Shown: piece by piece, positions 29,104 to 38,719 of the stretch
Layout: each line of letters starts with the position of its first letter
Numbering within the stretch: the first letter of the stretch is position 1
From: Acidobacteriota bacterium
GTDB taxonomy: Bacteria > Acidobacteriota > Thermoanaerobaculia > Gp7-AA8
Assembly: GCA_019244185.1 (NCBI GenBank)
Contig: JAFATB010000009.1
Coordinates: 1 to 64,000 of the forward strand
DNA: 64,000 bases
Reading direction: 5' to 3'
Translations under genes and position numbers: made by a program
The notes under the pieces: model-generated
What the model saw: the letters and a program-made list of their open reading frames with translations, nothing else
Database searches by the model: none
Told to the model about the DNA's origin: nothing

Positions 29104-31697
29104 GGCCGCGGCGAATCCTTCGGCTGCGTCTGCGCGGCGATGGCGAGGAGATCGTCTTCGAAGAGCCCGTTCGGGCGCTCGACGATGCGGCCGAGCTCCT
29201 GGCCGTCGCGGTAGTAGATGAACGTCGCGACTTTGTCGATGTGCTTGCCGGCGAGGAGCGCCTCCGGCTTCTGCTTCGCGCGGTCGACGGCGACGAACGA
29301 CGCCGGCAGCTCGACGCCGTACGTCTTCAGATCGTCGACGATGCGCAGGAACTTCGGCACCTCGCGCTGCGAGTCGGTGCACCACGTGCCCATGTAGACC
29401 TCGATACGGTCGCCTGGCTTCACGTACGTCTTCATCATCTCAACGACGGACGGGTCGGCCTGATAACCGGCCTTGCGCTGTTCGTACTCGGGAACGCCGT
29501 GCAGCAGGCGGTCGGGCGTCGTCGGACCGATCTCGAGCGGCAGCGAGACGTTGGCGATGTTCGCGATCGCGTCGGCGCTGACGGGCGGATGTTCGTCGAT
29601 GGTGATCGTCTCCACGCGGTCGCCGCGCTCGGTCTGATCGACGACGCCCGTCATGCCTTCGTAGACGCGCGCGAAGATCGTGTAGCCGCCGTCGAGGTGT
29701 GGCTGCGGCGAATGCGTGATGAAGAACTGCGAGCCGCCGGTGTCGGGACCGGAGAGCGCCATGCCGACGGCGCCGCGCGTGTACTTCTGCAGGTTGATCT
29801 CGTCGCGGATGGCGTAACCGGGACCGCCGCTCATGTCGTTGCGCGGATCGCCGCCCTGAATGACGAAGTTCGGTACGACGCGCATGAAGCTCGTGTTGTC
29901 GAAGTACTTCTTCTTCGCCAGCTGCGCGAAGTTCCACGTCGTCAGCGGCGCGTCCTGCGTCAGCAGCGCGAGCTGGATGAGGCCGCGCGTCATGTGAATC
30001 GTGGCCGTGTGCGGCTGCCGCGACCAGCGCACGATCTCCTCGTATTTGTTCTGCGCGCGCTCGCTTGCGATCGGCGTGTACTGCATGCGCGGCAGGTGTT
30101 CCTGCTCGACGAGCTGGTCGGACGCGAAGCGGCGCACGACCGGGTCGGCGTCCGCGAGCAAGCCGATGAGGAACTTGCGGCGATCCGGATGCGCGAAACC
30201 GGCGATGGCTTCGATCGCGGCCAGGCGCGCGTCGTTCTGCGGGGCGGTGCGCTCGCGCTGTTCGATCGCATGCAGTGTGGCCAACCAGCGTCCGGCCTGG
30301 ATCTTCGTCAGCAGCGGATACTTCGAGATCGCGGTGGCGCGGACCACGACGTCGGGATCATCCATGGCTTTGATCACGCGCGGACCTTCGACGTCGATGA
30401 ACTGCTCGCCGATGGCGCCGATCGCCGACGCGCGTACGAACGGTTCCTTGTCGTCAAAGTAGACGGCGCGGACTTCCGTGCCGATCGCGCCGCTGTGCTC
30501 CGTCGCCTCGATCGCGCGCACGGCGCTCCAGCCGGTGAAGCCGCTGACGAAGTGCAGGTCGCTGAGCGCTTTGATGAAGTGCTTCGCGAACGCGCCGGCG
30601 GCGAGCTCGCGTTCCCACTGCGAGCCGTTCTTCAGCACGTCATTCAGCCGCCCTTTCGCGGTCTCGTTCATCTCCGCGTACGCGGCGAGCGGCTCGATCA
30701 TCGACGCGCGCACGCCGGGATCGGGATCGTCGAGCGCGGCGAAGACGCGCGGCAGATCGTTCGCGTTGAGGATGTCCTTGTGTTTGTCCGCGAGGCGGCC
30801 GATCGCGACGGCGGCGTTCGTGCGCACCCACGGATGCGCGTCGCCGAGCGCGTTGATGAGCGCGCGCGCGGACGCGGGATCGCCGATGCGGCCGAGCGCG
30901 GTCGCGGCGTACGCGCGCGTGAGCACGTTCGTATCCGTGAGGAGCAGCTCGAGCTGCGCGCGCGCCGGTGCATACGCGCGGCGCGCGAGCGTGTACGCCG
31001 CTTCCTGCCGGATCGCGGGCGACGGCGAGTCGAGCGCGCGCAGCGCGACGACGCTCGCCTCGTCGTTGTCGAAGCGGAAGAGGAAGCGGATCGCGCGCGC
31101 GCGAACGCCTTCGTGCGTCTTCTCGTCAGCGAGCCAGAGGTAGCGCTGCAGCCGCAGTCCGCTCGTGTCGCCCGGCGCGACCTTCGACAACGCTTCGACC
31201 GCTTCCGCGGCCACGCCCGCGTCGGGGTCGCCGGTCAGGTATTCGATCGTGCCGAGCCCGTGCTCGTCGCCGATCTCGCCGAGGGCGAAGGCCGTCATCT
31301 CGCGCACGTTGCGGTCGGCGTCGTGCGCGAGCGTTCCGAGCTCGCTGATGCCGGCCTGCGTCTCGGATGGCTCGCGCGTGCCGTTCTTGTTCTCGTCGGC
31401 GAACGCGTGCGGACCGATGCGCGCGAGCGCGAGCGCGATGCGCAGGCGATGCAGCGGATTCGGATGCGCGACCCACTGCGCGACGAGCGCGGGGTCGTAC
31501 TGGCGCCGGTCTTCGAGCGCGAGGATGCGCGCTTCTTCCTGCACGGTGAAGCCGTACGTGCCGGTGCCGTCGGAGGGGGCGGGCGTTGCCGGCGACGGCG
31601 ATGCAGCTGTCGCGGACGTGGTGGTGGAAGTCGGGTTCGTGGTCGTGGTGCCGCACGCGATGCCGAGGAGGAGCGCGGCGACGGAAAGCTTGCGCAT
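29100..31697 (-). CDS. Lipoprotein with HEAT repeats, cyclophilin-type PPIase and C-terminal thioredoxin-like domain
   Basis: Signal MRKLSVAALLLGIAC; repeated D....VR..AA.ALG units; FMRVVPNFVIQGGDP...GMALSGPDTGGSQFFITH..QPHLDGGYT; C-terminal MGTWCTDS. Confidence 0.88.
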   Translation of the reverse strand: MRKLSVAALLLGIACGTTTTNPTSTTTSATAASPSPATPAPSDGTGTYGFTVQEEARILALEDRRQYDPALVAQWVAHPNPLHRLRIALALARIGPHAFADENKNGTREPSETQAGISELGTLAHDADRNVREMTAFALGEIGDEHGLGTIEYLTGDPDAGVAAEAVEALSKVAPGDTSGLRLQRYLWLADEKTHEGVRARAIRFLFRFDNDEASVVALRALDSPSPAIRQEAAYTLARRAYAPARAQLELLLTDTNVLTRAYAATALGRIGDPASARALINALGDAHPWVRTNAAVAIGRLADKHKDILNANDLPRVFAALDDPDPGVRASMIEPLAAYAEMNETAKGRLNDVLKNGSQWERELAAGAFAKHFIKALSDLHFVSGFTGWSAVRAIEATEHSGAIGTEVRAVYFDDKEPFVRASAIGAIGEQFIDVEGPRVIKAMDDPDVVVRATAISKYPLLTKIQAGRWLATLHAIEQRERTAPQNDARLAAIEAIAGFAHPDRRKFLIGLLADADPVVRRFASDQLVEQEHLPRMQYTPIASERAQNKYEEIVRWSRQPHTATIHMTRGLIQLALLTQDAPLTTWNFAQLAKKKYFDNTSFMRVVPNFVIQGGDPRNDMSGGPGYAIRDEINLQKYTRGAVGMALSGPDTGGSQFFITHSPQPHLDGGYTIFARVYEGMTGVVDQTERGDRVETITIDEHPPVSADAIANIANVSLPLEIGPTTPDRLLHGVPEYEQRKAGYQADPSVVEMMKTYVKPGDRIEVYMGTWCTDSQREVPKFLRIVDDLKTYGVELPASFVAVDRAKQKPEALLAGKHIDKVATFIYYRDGQELGRIVERPNGLFEDDLLAIAAQTQPKDSPRP

Positions 31698-31751
31698 GCG
31701 GCGAATGATATGGCTTGCGCAAAACCGGCCGCCACGCGAGACTCCGGAACA

Positions 31752-32402
31752 ATGTCCGCGGTCCCGGCCGAGTCTGCAGTGGAAGTCGAGGGAGTGTCGC
31801 GCCGCTACGGGCGCCGCTGGGCGCTCGCGGACGTGAGCTTTCGCGTTCCCGCGGCGAGCGTGCTGATGATCGCGGGACGCAACGGCGCGGGGAAGTCGAC
31901 GCTGCTGCGCGTACTGGCGACGGCGATCCGCCCCGATCGCGGACGCGTGCGCGTCGGCGGCTTCGACGCCGTGCGCGAGCGTGAGGACGTCCGCAAACGC
32001 ACCGCGCTCCTCAGCCATCACAACTATCTCTACGAGTCGCTGACCGCGCGCGAGAACCTCGTCGTCGTGGCCGATCATCTGCGCGCAAGCCGCGATTCCA
32101 TCGACGGCATCCTCGCGGAAGTCGGACTTGCGGCCCGCGCGCACGATCTCGTGTCGACGTTCTCGGCCGGCATGCGCAAGCGGCTCTCGTTCGCGCGCAT
32201 CCTGCTGCAGCAGCCGCGCGTCGTGCTGCTCGACGAGCCATACGGCGCGCTCGATCCCGCCGGCTTCGACCTCGTCGACGCGTTCATCCGCGCGTTTCGC
32301 GAGCGCGGCGCGACGGTGCTCTTCGCGACGCATCAGCTCGAGCGCAGCGCGAAGCTCGCCGACGCGAGTCTCGTGCTCGAAGACGGTCGGGTGGTCGCGT
32401 GA
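31752..32402 (+). CDS. ccmA: Heme ABC exporter ATPase CcmA
   Basis: GRNGAGKST, LTARENL, FSAGMRKR, LLDEPY; first gene of the ccm cluster. Confidence 0.92.
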   Translation: MSAVPAESAVEVEGVSRRYGRRWALADVSFRVPAASVLMIAGRNGAGKSTLLRVLATAIRPDRGRVRVGGFDAVREREDVRKRTALLSHHNYLYESLTARENLVVVADHLRASRDSIDGILAEVGLAARAHDLVSTFSAGMRKRLSFARILLQQPRVVLLDEPYGALDPAGFDLVDAFIRAFRERGATVLFATHQLERSAKLADASLVLEDGRVVA

Positions 32403-33055
32403 TCGCCGCGCTGCGCAAGGAGTTGCTGCTGCAGTGGCGATCGCGTGCGCAGTTCCTCGCGGTCTTCGTCTTCGGCGCGGCGTCGCTGCTGCTGTTCAGT
32501 TTCGCGGTCGGTCCGAACGCGCGCGCGCTGCGCACGTTCTCCGCCGGATTTCTGTGGCTCGGCCTTTTGCTCTCGTCGACGCTCACGCTCGCGGAGTCGT
32601 TTCACGCGGAGATGGAGAACCGCGCGCTCGAAGGGCTGCTGCTGTTGCCGTCCGATCCGCGCGCGCTCTACTACGGCAAGGCCATCGCGAACTGGCTGCA
32701 ACTGACGCTGCTCGGCTTCGCGCTGGTGCCGGTGATGGTCGTGCTCTACGACGCCGGCACGCTCGAGCTCGCGCGGCTCGCCGTCATCATCGCGCTCGGC
32801 GCGGCGGGGCTCTCCGCGCCCGGAACGCTGTACGCCGCGATGACGTCGCAGGTGAAGGCGAAACAGACGCTGCTCCCTTTGCTGTTGTTCCCGCTGATCG
32901 TCCCGGCTCTGCTCGCGTCCGTCAAAGCGACTTCGCTCGCGATCCTCGGCGATCCGATGGCGCAGTCGCGGTCGTGGATGGCGCTGCTGGCCGCGTTCGA
33001 TTTGATTTACTGGTCGTTGTGCGGTCTGCTGTACGGACGCGTCGTCGAAGAGTGA
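32399..33055 (+). CDS. ccmB: Heme exporter protein CcmB
   Basis: 6 TM; SF..E.EN..LEGLLL, LLPLLLFPL..P. Confidence 0.92.
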   Translation: MIAALRKELLLQWRSRAQFLAVFVFGAASLLLFSFAVGPNARALRTFSAGFLWLGLLLSSTLTLAESFHAEMENRALEGLLLLPSDPRALYYGKAIANWLQLTLLGFALVPVMVVLYDAGTLELARLAVIIALGAAGLSAPGTLYAAMTSQVKAKQTLLPLLLFPLIVPALLASVKATSLAILGDPMAQSRSWMALLAAFDLIYWSLCGLLYGRVVEE

Positions 33056-33064
33056 GAAAAGGTC

Positions 33065-33775
33065 ATGGAACTGCCCAACCATAAAACGGGGTCCGCGCCG
33101 TACTGGATGCTCGCGCTCGGCATCGTCTGCCTCATCGCCGGCTCGTACGTCGGCCTCTTCCGCGCGCCGGCCGAGGCGTACATGGGACAGGTGCAGCGAA
33201 TCATGTACGTGCACGTGCCGACGGCGTGGAACGCGCTGCTGGCGATGACGTTCGCGTTCGCCTGCGCGGTCGTGTTCCTCTTCAAAGCCGATTTCAAGTG
33301 GGACGCGCGGCTCGAGGCGGCCATCGAAGTCGGCGTCCTGCTCGCGTTCCTGCTCTGCTGTCAGGGTGCGATCTGGGCGAAGCCGACGTGGGGCGTCTGG
33401 TGGGATTGGGATCCGCGCCTGACCACGACCGCGGTGCTGCTCTTCGCGTTCCTCGGCATCCTCGCGTTGCGGAAGTTCGTCGACGATCCCGCGCGCCGCG
33501 CGATGTGGTCGTCCGTCGCGACGATCATCGCGTACGCCGACGTCCCGATCGTCTACTACTCCGTGCGCTGGTGGAACTCGCTGCATCAGCAGCAGTCGAG
33601 CCCTTCGACCGTTTCGTCGCAGTTCTACTTTCCGCTGCGCGCGAACGCGTTCGGCGTGCTGTTTCTCATGACCGGCTTCATCATGATCCGCGCGCGCATC
33701 GCCACGCTGCGGCTGCGCACCGAGCTCGCTGCGCCGCCGGTCCTGCGCGGCGACGAAGCAGGAGAGATGGCATGA
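33065..33775 (+). CDS. ccmC: Heme exporter protein CcmC
   Basis: RIMYVHVP, WAKPTWGVWWDWDPRLT (WWD domain), WWNSLHQ. Confidence 0.97.
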   Translation: MELPNHKTGSAPYWMLALGIVCLIAGSYVGLFRAPAEAYMGQVQRIMYVHVPTAWNALLAMTFAFACAVVFLFKADFKWDARLEAAIEVGVLLAFLLCCQGAIWAKPTWGVWWDWDPRLTTTAVLLFAFLGILALRKFVDDPARRAMWSSVATIIAYADVPIVYYSVRWWNSLHQQQSSPSTVSSQFYFPLRANAFGVLFLMTGFIMIRARIATLRLRTELAAPPVLRGDEAGEMA

Positions 33776-33906
33776 ATGGCATCATTGTCGGCGGATGGCA
33801 ATACGTGTGGAGCGCCTACGGACTCACGTTTGCCGCATTCCTCATCTATGGAGTGACGCTGTTCGTGCGGTACCGAAAGGAGCTCGCGCATGACGACCGC
33901 CACTGA
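33772..33906 (+). CDS. ccmD: Heme exporter protein CcmD
   Basis: 44 aa MNGIIVGGWQYVWSAYGLT... single TM with basic tail, between ccmC and ccmE. Confidence 0.85.
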   Translation: MNGIIVGGWQYVWSAYGLTFAAFLIYGVTLFVRYRKELAHDDRH

Positions 33907-34387
33907 GCTGACGGCCACCGAGGTGATGCGCCGCAAGTCGCGCCTCTTCATGATCGGCGCGTTCGCCGTCGCCGCGATCGCGTTCGCCGTCATCGCCGCG
34001 AGCAGCATCAACAAGAATCTCGTCTACTACTGGACGCCGAGCGATCTCCGCCACGCCGGCTCGAAAGCCTACGGCGCCACGATCCGCCTCGGCGGCATGG
34101 TGAAGAAAGGCTCGATCCACAAGCTCGGCGGCTCGGCGGTGGAGTTCGACGTGAAAGACGCCACGCAGGTCGTGCACGTGAAGACCACCAGCGTGCCGCC
34201 GCAGATGTTCCGCGAGAACATCGGCGTCGTCGTCGAAGGGACGATGGTGCCGGGCGGTTACTTCCAGAGCGACCGCCTGATGGTCTCGCACAACAACGAA
34301 TACCGCGCGCCCGCGAAGGGCCATCCGGTCGACCGGAAAGAGCTCGAGCGGCTCATGAAGTCGACCGAGGGACTCGAAGGAAAATAG
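33890..34387 (+). CDS. ccmE: Heme chaperone CcmE
   Basis: LVYYWTPS, IRLGGMV..GS, PPQMFRE..GVVVEG, HNNEY (HxxxY). Confidence 0.95.
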   Translation: MTTATELTATEVMRRKSRLFMIGAFAVAAIAFAVIAASSINKNLVYYWTPSDLRHAGSKAYGATIRLGGMVKKGSIHKLGGSAVEFDVKDATQVVHVKTTSVPPQMFRENIGVVVEGTMVPGGYFQSDRLMVSHNNEYRAPAKGHPVDRKELERLMKSTEGLEGK

Positions 34388-34392
34388 ATCGG

Positions 34393-36387
34393 ATGCTGGC
34401 TCCCCTCGGAAAGATGTTGATTCTCGCGTCGCTGCTGGTGTCGGCGGCCGGCGCGCTGCTCGGGTTCGCGGCGGGACGCACGCGCTCGCGCGAGGCGCTG
34501 CTGTGGGCGCGCCGGTTCGCGTACGCGTTCGCCGCGCTCATGGGGCTGGCCACGCTGACGATGGAGTACGCGCTGCTCACGCACGACTTCCGCGTCAGCT
34601 ACGTCGAGCACGTCGGCTCGCGCCTCGTGCCGACGTGGGTCACCATCGTCAGTTTGTGGTCGTCGCTCGAAGGCTCGATTCTCTTCTGGGGCTTCGTTCT
34701 CGGCATCTACATCGCCGTCGCGACGTACCTGACGCGCGGCCAGTACGAGGACTATCAGCCCGACGCCATCGGCGTGTGGCTGTCGTCCGCCGCGTTCTTC
34801 AGCTTCCTCATCGCCGGACCGGCCAGCCCGTTCGGCGTCGTCGCCAATCCGCCGCTCGATGGACCGGGGCCAAATCCGCTGCTGCAGAACCACGTGCTGA
34901 TGGCCATCCATCCGCCGTTTCTGTACCTCGGCTACGTCGGCATGACCATTCCGTTCGGCTTCGCGTGCGCGGCGCTCTTGCGCGGACGACTCGGGCACTC
35001 GCTGCTCAAACCGTTGCGCGCGTCGCTGATGGTGCCCTGGATCTTCCAGACCATCGCCATCATGCTCGGCGGCTGGTGGGCGTACGAAGTGCTGGGCTGG
35101 GGCGGTTACTGGGCGTGGGATCCGGTCGAGAACGCGTCGCTGCTGCCGTGGCTCACGGCGACGGCGGCGTTGCATTCGATCGTGGTTGTCGAACGCCGCG
35201 GCATTCTGAAAGGCTGGACCGTCACGCTCATTCAGGCGACGTTCCTCCTCGTCATTCTCGGCACCTTCATGACGCGCTCGGGCGTCTTCAACTCCGTGCA
35301 TTCGTTCACGCAGAGCGCGATCGGACCGACGATCCTCGCGTTCCTCGCGGCGTCGATCCTGTTCGTCGTCGTGCTGCTCGCGTTCCGGATCGATCGCCTC
35401 GAAACCGAAGGACGGATCGAAGGTGCGGCGAGCCGCGAGGCGATGTTCCTCGTCAACAACCTGCTGTTCGTCCTGCTCACGTTCACGGTGCTGATCGGCA
35501 CGGTCTTCCCGCTCGTGGTGGAGGCGCTCAAAGGCAAACAGATGAGCGTCGGGCGGCCGTACTTTGACAGCATGGTCGTGCCGATCGGCGCGGCGCTGTT
35601 GTTCCTCGTCGGCATCGGTCCCGCGCTGCCGTGGGGCCGCGCGACGCGCGAGCAGTTGAAGAACGCGCTGCTGCCGCCGCTGTTCGGCGCGGGACTCTTC
35701 GCGGTGATCGGCTACATCCTGAACATCCGCGCGCCGTGGACTCTGGTCACGCTCGCCTTCGGCGGCTACGCCGCGCAGGTCACGCTCGGGCAGATGCTGC
35801 TGACGGTGTTGCAGCGCACGAAGCGGGGCGAGTCCGCGGCCGCGGCGTTCGTCGATGGCAACCTGCGTCGCGGACGCCGGCGCTTCGCGTCGTACATCGT
35901 GCACGGTGCGGTGACGGTGGCGATCATCGCCATCGCCGTCAGCAGCTCGATGCGGCAGACCACCGAGCTCGCGTTCACGAAAGGGCAGACGCTGCGCGCG
36001 TCGGGCTACGATCTCACGTTCCTCGGCTTCGAACAGCGGCAGGAGCCGCATCGTGCCGTGACGGGCGCGCGCTTCCGCGTCGCGCGCGACGGCAAGGTCG
36101 TGGCCACGCTCGAGCCGAAGATGAATCAGTATCAGATGATGCGCGAGCCGGTCGGCTCGCCCGCGGTGTACAGCACGGCCGCGGGCGATCTGTATCTGTC
36201 GCTCGCGAACCTCGACGTCGCCAATGAGAGCGTGTTCATCACGGTGTATGCCGCGCCGCTGGTGATGTGGATCTGGGTGTCGGTGATCCTGATGGGGCTG
36301 GGCGCGCTCTTCTCGCTCGTCCCGGCGCGGCGCGCCACGGCGGTGCAGTCGCGCGAGAGCGTCCCCGCGGCGGCGGAGACGGCATGA
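34393..36387 (+). CDS. ccmF: Heme lyase CcmF
   Basis: EGSILFW, NPLLQ...HPP.LY.GY, WAYEVLGWGGYWAWDPVENAS, SVHSF. Confidence 0.98.
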   Translation: MLAPLGKMLILASLLVSAAGALLGFAAGRTRSREALLWARRFAYAFAALMGLATLTMEYALLTHDFRVSYVEHVGSRLVPTWVTIVSLWSSLEGSILFWGFVLGIYIAVATYLTRGQYEDYQPDAIGVWLSSAAFFSFLIAGPASPFGVVANPPLDGPGPNPLLQNHVLMAIHPPFLYLGYVGMTIPFGFACAALLRGRLGHSLLKPLRASLMVPWIFQTIAIMLGGWWAYEVLGWGGYWAWDPVENASLLPWLTATAALHSIVVVERRGILKGWTVTLIQATFLLVILGTFMTRSGVFNSVHSFTQSAIGPTILAFLAASILFVVVLLAFRIDRLETEGRIEGAASREAMFLVNNLLFVLLTFTVLIGTVFPLVVEALKGKQMSVGRPYFDSMVVPIGAALLFLVGIGPALPWGRATREQLKNALLPPLFGAGLFAVIGYILNIRAPWTLVTLAFGGYAAQVTLGQMLLTVLQRTKRGESAAAAFVDGNLRRGRRRFASYIVHGAVTVAIIAIAVSSSMRQTTELAFTKGQTLRASGYDLTFLGFEQRQEPHRAVTGARFRVARDGKVVATLEPKMNQYQMMREPVGSPAVYSTAAGDLYLSLANLDVANESVFITVYAAPLVMWIWVSVILMGLGALFSLVPARRATAVQSRESVPAAAETA

Positions 36388-36902
36388 ACCGCACGGTGTT
36401 CGCGATCGGCATCGTCATCGCGGCGGCGGTCGTCGGCGTGCTCTTCGCCGGACTGGGCAAAGATCCCGCGGTGATCCAGTCGCCGCTCATCGGCCGCAGC
36501 GCGCCGACGTTCGCGCTGCAGGAAGTCGGCACCGGCCGCACGATCGACATCGCGCAGCTTCGCGGACGTCCGCTGGTCATCAACTTCTGGGCGACCTGGT
36601 GCGGCCCATGTTGGGAAGAGCATCCTGTGCTCGTCGCCACCGCGCGCCGGCTGCAGCCGAACGTGCAGTTTCTCGGCGTCGTCTTTCAGGATCAGGAAGA
36701 CAAGATCCTCGGCTTCCTGCAGCAGCGCGGCACGAGCTACCCGACGCTCGTCGACGTGAAGGGAAAGACCGCGCTCGCGTACGGCGTTGGCGGCGTTCCC
36801 GAGACGTTCTTTCTCGACGCGAACGGGACGATCGTCGCGAAGTACGCGGGACCGATGGACGCCGATACGCTGCAGGCGAACCTGATGAAGGCGATGCGCT
36901 GA
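36384..36902 (+). CDS. ccmG: Thiol:disulfide oxidoreductase CcmG/DsbE
   Basis: INFWATWCGPC..EHP, YGVGGVPETF. Confidence 0.93.
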   Translation: MNRTVFAIGIVIAAAVVGVLFAGLGKDPAVIQSPLIGRSAPTFALQEVGTGRTIDIAQLRGRPLVINFWATWCGPCWEEHPVLVATARRLQPNVQFLGVVFQDQEDKILGFLQQRGTSYPTLVDVKGKTALAYGVGGVPETFFLDANGTIVAKYAGPMDADTLQANLMKAMR

Positions 36903-37390
36903 TGATCTTCGCGCTGCTGCTCTTCGTCGCCACGTTGCGCGTGCCGGATGCCGCGCAGTTCGTCGGCGCGCCGAAGGGGATGCCGGTCGCGGACGCGCAA
37001 CTCGCAGCGCGCACGCACGAGGTGGCGTCGCTGCTGCGGTGCCCCGTCTGTCAGGGGATGTCGGTCGCCGACTCGCCGTCGGAGATGGCCATCAACATGA
37101 AGGAGCAGGTGCGCGAGCTGCTCGCGCGCGGCTACACCGAAGAACAGATTCTCAAATACTTCGAGCTGTCGTACGGGCAGTTCGTCTTGCTGCGTCCGAA
37201 GTTCGAAGGCGTGAACGCGCTGGTCTGGCTGCTGCCGCTGTTCGCGGTGGTCGTTGGCGTTGCGATCGTGCTGCTCAAGATTCGGAAGCTCGAACAGCCG
37301 CTGCCGCCCCGCGCGGAACCCGAAGCGGCGAACGACGATCCGTACGTGTCGCGCGTGCGCGAGCTCGTGCGCGGAGACAAACAGGGATGA
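36902..37390 (+). CDS. ccmH: Cytochrome c biogenesis protein CcmH
   Basis: LRCPVCQGMSVADS, YGQFVLL.P. Confidence 0.94.
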   Translation: MIFALLLFVATLRVPDAAQFVGAPKGMPVADAQLAARTHEVASLLRCPVCQGMSVADSPSEMAINMKEQVRELLARGYTEEQILKYFELSYGQFVLLRPKFEGVNALVWLLPLFAVVVGVAIVLLKIRKLEQPLPPRAEPEAANDDPYVSRVRELVRGDKQG

Positions 37391-38712
37391 ATCCACCAAC
37401 CGACTGGGCGAGCGCGATCGCCATCCTCGCCGCGGGCCTGCTCCTCGGCGCACTCTTCGTCTACTTCTACAAGCGCCGCACGCCCGCCGCGCCGCTCGCC
37501 GCCGAGCCCGACCTCGCGCGGCGCGATCTCGAGGCGAAACGCGACGCGCTCGTCGCGGAACTGCGCGCGCCCGATGTCGACGCCGCGGAACGCGCGCGCC
37601 TCGAGCGCGAGACCGCGGACGTATTGCGGCAACTCGATGCGATGCCCGCGCGCGCGACGAGCAGCGCGTCGACGACGGCGGCGGCGCGTCCGGCGATGTC
37701 GCCGCAGGTGCAGGGCTTCCTCTGGGGCGCGGGCTCGATGGCGCTGCTCGCGGCGCTCGGCTTCTACGTCATGAATCACGCCTCCGATCGCAAGACAGGG
37801 GAGGGTGCGACCGGCGGCGGTCCGATGCAGTCCGCGCAGCAGCAGACCTCGACCATCGCCCCGGCGCAGCAGGCGCCCGATCCGGCGGTGCTGCAGCTCG
37901 AGGCGGCGGTGCAGAAAGATCCGAACAACCTCCAGCTGCGCAACGAGCTCGCGCAGGCGTACCTCGAGCGCGAGAACCTCATGGGCGTGTTCGAGCAGAC
38001 GCGCGTCGTGCTCGCAAAGTCGCCGAACGACAGCCGTGCGCTGACGTTCCAGGCGCTCGTGCGGATGTCGATGGGCGACCAGGCGTCGGCGAAGCAGATG
38101 CTGCAGCAGGCGACGAAGTCCGATCCGAAGAACCTCGACAGCTGGGTTGCGCTCGCGTGGATCGACGCGCAGAACGGCAAGATCGACGAAGCGCAGAGCT
38201 ACATCGCCGAGGCGACGCGACAGGTGCCGGCGGAGAAAGCGCGGCTCGACGCGGTGTTCGCGCAGATGAAGCAGCACGTGACCGACCCGCAGCAGCTGGC
38301 GCAGGGCGGTGGTGGCGGCGAACAGCAGTTGCCTCCGGGACATCCGTCGATCGACGGCGCCGGAGCGGCGGCGTCGCCGGCCGCGTCCGCGCAGAACTCC
38401 GGACCGAGCGTGCGCGTGACGGTCGATCTCGATCCGTCGGCGAAGGGAAAGAGCGGGATTCTGTTCGTGTTCGCGCGCAATCCCGCGGGTGGTCCGCCCG
38501 CGGCGGTGAAGCGACTGGCGGACGTCACGTTCCCGGTGACCGTCGAGCTCAGCTCCGCCGACTCGATGCTCGGCCAGCCGCTGCCCGCGAGCTTCCGGCT
38601 CGAAGCGCGGCTCGACAGCGACGGAAACGCGATGACGCGCACGCCGGGCGATCCGTCCGCGGCGCAGGAGAACGTGACCCCCGGCGCGGCGGTGCGGCTG
38701 TCGTTGAAGTAG
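37387..38712 (+). CDS. ccmI: CcmI/CycH-like TPR protein
   Basis: Two N-terminal TM segments, TPR region, LPPGHP, C-terminal LFVFAR..GGPP.AVKR...EARLD.DGNA. Confidence 0.8.
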   Translation: MNPPTDWASAIAILAAGLLLGALFVYFYKRRTPAAPLAAEPDLARRDLEAKRDALVAELRAPDVDAAERARLERETADVLRQLDAMPARATSSASTTAAARPAMSPQVQGFLWGAGSMALLAALGFYVMNHASDRKTGEGATGGGPMQSAQQQTSTIAPAQQAPDPAVLQLEAAVQKDPNNLQLRNELAQAYLERENLMGVFEQTRVVLAKSPNDSRALTFQALVRMSMGDQASAKQMLQQATKSDPKNLDSWVALAWIDAQNGKIDEAQSYIAEATRQVPAEKARLDAVFAQMKQHVTDPQQLAQGGGGGEQQLPPGHPSIDGAGAAASPAASAQNSGPSVRVTVDLDPSAKGKSGILFVFARNPAGGPPAAVKRLADVTFPVTVELSSADSMLGQPLPASFRLEARLDSDGNAMTRTPGDPSAAQENVTPGAAVRLSLK

Positions 38713-38719
38713 AACGAGG

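Noticed and set aside
29241-32402. 1053-aa plus-strand ORF and 1077-aa minus-strand ORF that appear to overlap extensively
   Set aside because: The real genes start at 31752 (ccmA) and 31697 (lipoprotein); the extensions are stop-free shadows of each other
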